From Kiritimatiellia bacterium (GTDB lineage Bacteria; Verrucomicrobiota; Kiritimatiellia; RFP12; UBA1067): a DNA stretch of 37,142 nt. The notes beneath the pieces were generated by a model, which saw only the letters and a program-made list of their open reading frames with translations, was not told where the DNA came from and searched no databases. This document shows, one piece after another, positions 33,962 through 37,142 of this stretch. The stretch lies in NCBI GenBank assembly GCA_017999015.1, contig JAGOBZ010000001.1:6769-43910 (forward strand), given 5' to 3'. Position 1 is the stretch's first letter, and every line of letters begins with the position of its first letter. A program made the position numbers and the translations under genes.

Positions 33962-35290
33962 ATGAAGCGCAGGGATTTCTTGAAATCGGCGGTCACAACA
34001 GGCGCGGGATTGATCATCCTGCCGGGCGGCTTGCGGGCGAATGCGGCGAGCAACAAACTCAACATCGCGCTGATCGGCACATGGGGCCGTGGACTGGCGC
34101 ATTTCGATTCCATCGCAGACGAGAATGTCGTGGCGCTGTGTGACTGCTGGGAACGCAACCTGACGGACGCGGCCAAACGTTTTCCGAACGCGAAGACATA
34201 CGTTGACTGGCGCAAATGCCTGGAGCAGAAAGACATTGACGCGGTGGTCATCTGCACGACCGATTTCACGCACGCCTTTGTCGCCAACTGGGCGTTGAAC
34301 CGCGGCATGCACGTCTACCTTGAGAAGCCGCTGGGCATCTCCGTGGAAGAGGCGCGCGTGGTCAGAGCCAACTGGCTGCCCAAGAAGGACAAACTCGCGA
34401 CGCAGGTCGGCATGCAGCGCCACGCGCACGACAACTTCAACCGCATTGCCGAAATGCTGCGCGACGGAGCGATCGGCGAACTCAAGAGCGCCTACGCCTG
34501 GGGCAACCGCCAGATTCCCAAGCCCGGTTACCTCCCCGCCGCCGGCGCGCCGCCCGCCGGCCTGCATTACGACCTTTGGCTGGGGCCGGTCAAGACGGAC
34601 CATCCCTACAACCCCGAGTATTTCGCGGGCGGACCGGGCGCGAACTGCCTGAAGTGGAACATGTACTGGGACTTCGGCACCGGCCAGATCGGCGACATGG
34701 GAAGTCACACGATGGATCTCCTGTGGAATGCCGTGGACTGCGCCCTGCCGACTTCCGCCGAAGCCAAGGGCGATCCGTTCAATCCCGACGTGACGCCGGT
34801 CAAAGCCGAAATGCGTTTCGAGCATCCCGCCAACAGTTGGCGCGGGCCGATCAGCCTCACGTGGTATCAGGGCGGCGCGATGCCGAATCCGCCCAGCTCG
34901 TATGTGGACATCAACAAGATCGGCCACGGGGCGATGTTCAAGGGCACCGAGGGCATTCTGGTGGCGGACTTCACCTCGCGCGCGCTGATCCCGCTGGGCA
35001 AGGACGGCAGCCTCTCCTACTACAAGCCGCGCGCCAAAGAGGCGTTGCTGCCCTCGGTGGGGCACTTCCAGAAGCAGTGGATCAACGCCTGCAAGAATCC
35101 GTCGCTTAAAACCGCGTGCGACTTCGAATACAGCGCGAACATGATCGAGCAGATGTGCCTCGGCCTGGTGGCCTACCGGGTCGGCAAGAAGCTCGACTAT
35201 GACGGCAAGGCCGGCCGCGTGACGAACAACGGCGAGGCCGATGCGCTGCTCAAGCGCGACTACCGCGCCGGCTGGACGCTGAACGGGTAA
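33962..35290 (+). CDS. Gfo/Idh/MocA-family oxidoreductase with twin-arginine (Tat) signal
   Basis: ATG at 33962 after a GAGGAGG RBS. MKRRDFLKSAVTTGAGLIILPGG is a Tat-type signal. Has a Rossmann N-terminus (KLNIALIGTWGRGLAHF), the EKP motif (HVYLEKPL) and a typical C-terminal alpha/beta domain. Confidence 0.85.
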   Translation: MKRRDFLKSAVTTGAGLIILPGGLRANAASNKLNIALIGTWGRGLAHFDSIADENVVALCDCWERNLTDAAKRFPNAKTYVDWRKCLEQKDIDAVVICTTDFTHAFVANWALNRGMHVYLEKPLGISVEEARVVRANWLPKKDKLATQVGMQRHAHDNFNRIAEMLRDGAIGELKSAYAWGNRQIPKPGYLPAAGAPPAGLHYDLWLGPVKTDHPYNPEYFAGGPGANCLKWNMYWDFGTGQIGDMGSHTMDLLWNAVDCALPTSAEAKGDPFNPDVTPVKAEMRFEHPANSWRGPISLTWYQGGAMPNPPSSYVDINKIGHGAMFKGTEGILVADFTSRALIPLGKDGSLSYYKPRAKEALLPSVGHFQKQWINACKNPSLKTACDFEYSANMIEQMCLGLVAYRVGKKLDYDGKAGRVTNNGEADALLKRDYRAGWTLNG

Positions 35291-35326
35291 GGAACTGGCC
35301 CCGACGCCGCCCGCCCTTTTGTTGGT

Positions 35327-36871
35327 TCACTCCCATTCAATGGTGGCGGGCGGTTTGGAGCTGATGTCGAAAACCACGCGGTTGATGCCGCGCACCTCAT
35401 TGATGATGCGGTTTGAAATACGCGCCAACGTTTCGTAAGGCACGCGCGTCCAGTCCGCCGTCATGGCGTCGATGCTGTCCACGACGCGCAGGGCGCAGAC
35501 GTTTTCATAGGTGCGCTGATCACCCATGACGCCGACGGAGTTCACGGGCAGCAGAACGGCGAAGGCCTGCCAGATCGAGCGGTAGTCCGGGAGCTTGCGG
35601 ATCTCTTCCTGCACGCGCAGATCGGCCTGCTGGAGCAGGGCCACGCGCTCGGCTGTCACCTCGCCCAGAATGCGGACGCCCAGTCCGGGCCCGGGGAAAG
35701 GCTGGCGGTCGAGCAGTTCACTGTCCATGCCCAGCACACGGCCCACGGCACGCACTTCGTCCTTAAACAACTCGCGCAGCGGTTCGACCAACTCGAACTT
35801 CAGATCCGGCGGCAGGCCGCCGACATTGTGGTGGCTCTTGATGGTCTGACTCGGGCCTTTCAGCGGGCTTTCGCTTTCGATGATGTCAGGATAAATTGTG
35901 CCTTGGCCGAGAAATTTGCAATCCTTGAAGGCGCGGGCCTCTTCGGCGAACACCTCAATGAACTCGCGGCCGATGATCTTGCGCTTCTGTTCAGGATCGG
36001 TCACGCCCTTGAGCGCGCCGTAGAAGCGGTCGCGCGCGTCGATCACATGCAGGTCCATGCCGAGCTTGGCGCGGAACATCGATTCAACCTGGCGATCTTC
36101 GCCGGAACGCAGCAGACCGTTATCCACGAAGATGCAGTGCAGCCGGTCACCGATCGCGCGGTGCAGCAGCGCCGCCACGACGGAGGAGTCCACGCCGCCG
36201 CTCAGTCCGAGCACCACATGCTCGTCGCCGACCTGGCGTTTGAGCTTTCCGACGGTTTCCTCGACCCAGGAAGAGAGCTGCCAATCGCCGGTGCAACCGC
36301 AAACCTTGAAAAGAAAGTTACGCAGGATCGCGGTGCCGTGCTGGGTGTGGACCACCTCGGGGTGGAACTGCAAGGCATAGGACTTGCGCGTCGCGTTGAA
36401 CATTGCCGCGTGCGGGCAGGAGAGCGAGCGGGCCGAAACAGAAAAGCCGGGCGGCAGAACCGCGACCTGGTCACCGTGACTCATCCAGACGTCAAATTCG
36501 GAAGGCAGGTCCGCGAACAGGTCGCAGGCGGTATCGGTGCCGATGCGCGTGTGGCCGTATTCGCGGTGCAGTCCCGGTTTGACCGTGCCGCCTTGGAGTT
36601 TGGCGGTGAGTTGCATGCCGTAACAGATGCCAAGCACCGGAATGCCGAGATCAAAGAGCGCGGGGTCACAGGTCGGCGCCCCCTCTTCAAACACACTGTT
36701 CGGGCCGCCCGAGAGAATAATGCCGGCAGGTCTTCTTTCGAACAACAGGGAGGCGGGGGTGTCAAAGCGTATGATTTCTGAGTAGACCTGCTGTTCGCGC
36801 ACGCGCCGGGCGATAAGCTGTGTATACTGCGAACCGAAATCAAGAATGGCGATCCAGCAAGGCTGTTGCAT
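35327..36871 (-). CDS. guaA: GMP synthase (glutamine-hydrolysing)
   Basis: 514 aa. The GATase domain has GICYGMQL (nucleophile Cys). The ATP-PPase domain has the P-loop [12 protein letters not shown]. The C-terminus ends with the characteristic KPPATIEWE. Confidence 0.95.
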   Translation of the reverse strand: MQQPCWIAILDFGSQYTQLIARRVREQQVYSEIIRFDTPASLLFERRPAGIILSGGPNSVFEEGAPTCDPALFDLGIPVLGICYGMQLTAKLQGGTVKPGLHREYGHTRIGTDTACDLFADLPSEFDVWMSHGDQVAVLPPGFSVSARSLSCPHAAMFNATRKSYALQFHPEVVHTQHGTAILRNFLFKVCGCTGDWQLSSWVEETVGKLKRQVGDEHVVLGLSGGVDSSVVAALLHRAIGDRLHCIFVDNGLLRSGEDRQVESMFRAKLGMDLHVIDARDRFYGALKGVTDPEQKRKIIGREFIEVFAEEARAFKDCKFLGQGTIYPDIIESESPLKGPSQTIKSHHNVGGLPPDLKFELVEPLRELFKDEVRAVGRVLGMDSELLDRQPFPGPGLGVRILGEVTAERVALLQQADLRVQEEIRKLPDYRSIWQAFAVLLPVNSVGVMGDQRTYENVCALRVVDSIDAMTADWTRVPYETLARISNRIINEVRGINRVVFDISSKPPATIEWE

Positions 36872-36894
36872 GGGAATTCCTTTTTGGGGCGCAG

Positions 36895-36923
36895 ATTTTA
36901 AACGTTCAACGGTGCTTTGAAAA
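36895..36923 (-). promoter_or_regulatory. candidate sigma-70 promoter for guaA
   Basis: Minus strand reads TTTTCA - 17 nt - TAAAAT, 23 nt upstream of the guaA ATG with an AAAGGA RBS between. The spacer contains another AACGTTCAA-type motif copy. Confidence 0.25.
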
Positions 36924-36940
36924 GTCCAATCCCGTTTCTT

Positions 36941-36960
36941 TTGCAGTCTATTGCAGTCTG
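36941..36960 (+). repeat. 10-bp-phased direct repeat TTGCAGTCT x2
   Basis: Read directly: ttgcagtcta ttgcagtctg. Lies in the intergenic region upstream of guaA, 70-90 nt from its start, and upstream of a possible plus-strand ORF at 37030. Confidence 0.6.
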
Positions 36961-37029
36961 TTCAGAATGGCACAGACATGGTACACTTTCACCAATCTTT
37001 AATGAGCCAATGAGGACTGACCGTAAACA

Positions 37030-37142
37030 ATGGACACCGGGGATGGACAGCAACGGGGGGAGGCTGTGAGGAACGTGGCGGACGTGGATCCGCTTGAGTT
37101 GTCTCGCCGCCATCCGGAGTGGAGCGCCGCGCAGCCGATGAC
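37030..37142 (+). CDS. possible 5' end of an unidentified CDS running off the window
   Basis: An ATG at 37030 follows an in-frame TAA. The frame is open to the window end (37 codons: MDTGDGQQRGEAVRNVADVDPLELSRRHPEWSAAQPM) with a strong G/C third-position bias. An alternative GTG at 37066 follows GGAGG. No functional assignment is possible. Confidence 0.3.
   Translation, partial: MDTGDGQQRGEAVRNVADVDPLELSRRHPEWSAAQPM

Noticed and set aside
31678-35065. Series of long minus-strand ORFs (31678-32682, 32625-33917, 33935-35065) across the sugar cluster
   Set aside because: Each is antisense to a plus-strand gene that has a clear RBS, start and family motifs (NagB-like, PfkB, Gfo/Idh/MocA). The translations are Arg/His/Ala/Gln-rich.
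35828-36781. 317-aa plus-strand ORF inside guaA
   Set aside because: It is antisense to guaA, whose GATase, P-loop and C-terminal KPPATIEWE are all present.
36968-36983. TGGCACAGACATGGTA as a sigma-54 promoter
   Set aside because: The -24 half is perfect, but the -12 position reads TGGT rather than TTGC, with no GC at the required spacing.

Overview
High-GC (roughly 60-70% G+C by eye) bacterial chromosomal window. It is mostly housekeeping genes: nadD-rsfS, an ECF sigma/anti-sigma pair, purC, a GAF/sigma-54 activator, rubredoxin, carB, an AmiC-type amidase, CNNM transporters, parA, leuCD, rnc, nth, alsD, ychJ, guaA and an amino-sugar/sugar cluster. Tat-signal Gfo/Idh/MocA and xylose-isomerase-like TIM-barrel proteins plus GC-rich hairpin repeat clusters suggest a PVC-type (Verrucomicrobia-like) genome; this is inference only. 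No rRNA, tRNA, CRISPR array, transposase or integrase was seen. Three accessory signals stand out against the native background. (1) A roughly 2.25 kb low-GC, three-gene, translationally coupled cassette sits exactly between leuC and leuD. It encodes a CxxC...CxxC zinc-ribbon protein, an ABC/AAA_15-21-like ATPase and a protein with a D-x14-ExK nuclease-like motif. It looks like an undescribed ATPase-plus-nuclease anti-phage defense candidate and is the main finding. (2) A low-GC type II restriction-modification pair: a C5-cytosine methyltransferase with all canonical motifs plus a putative PD-(D/E)xK endonuclease. (3) An approximately 80-codon fossil of a type I HsdM methylase. Also noted: a 53-codon rubredoxin gene missing from the ORF track; an AAC(G/T)TTC heptamer x4 array present twice at the same distance upstream of an ATG; dispersed GC-rich hairpin repeats; and many long antisense ORFs rejected as high-GC artefacts.
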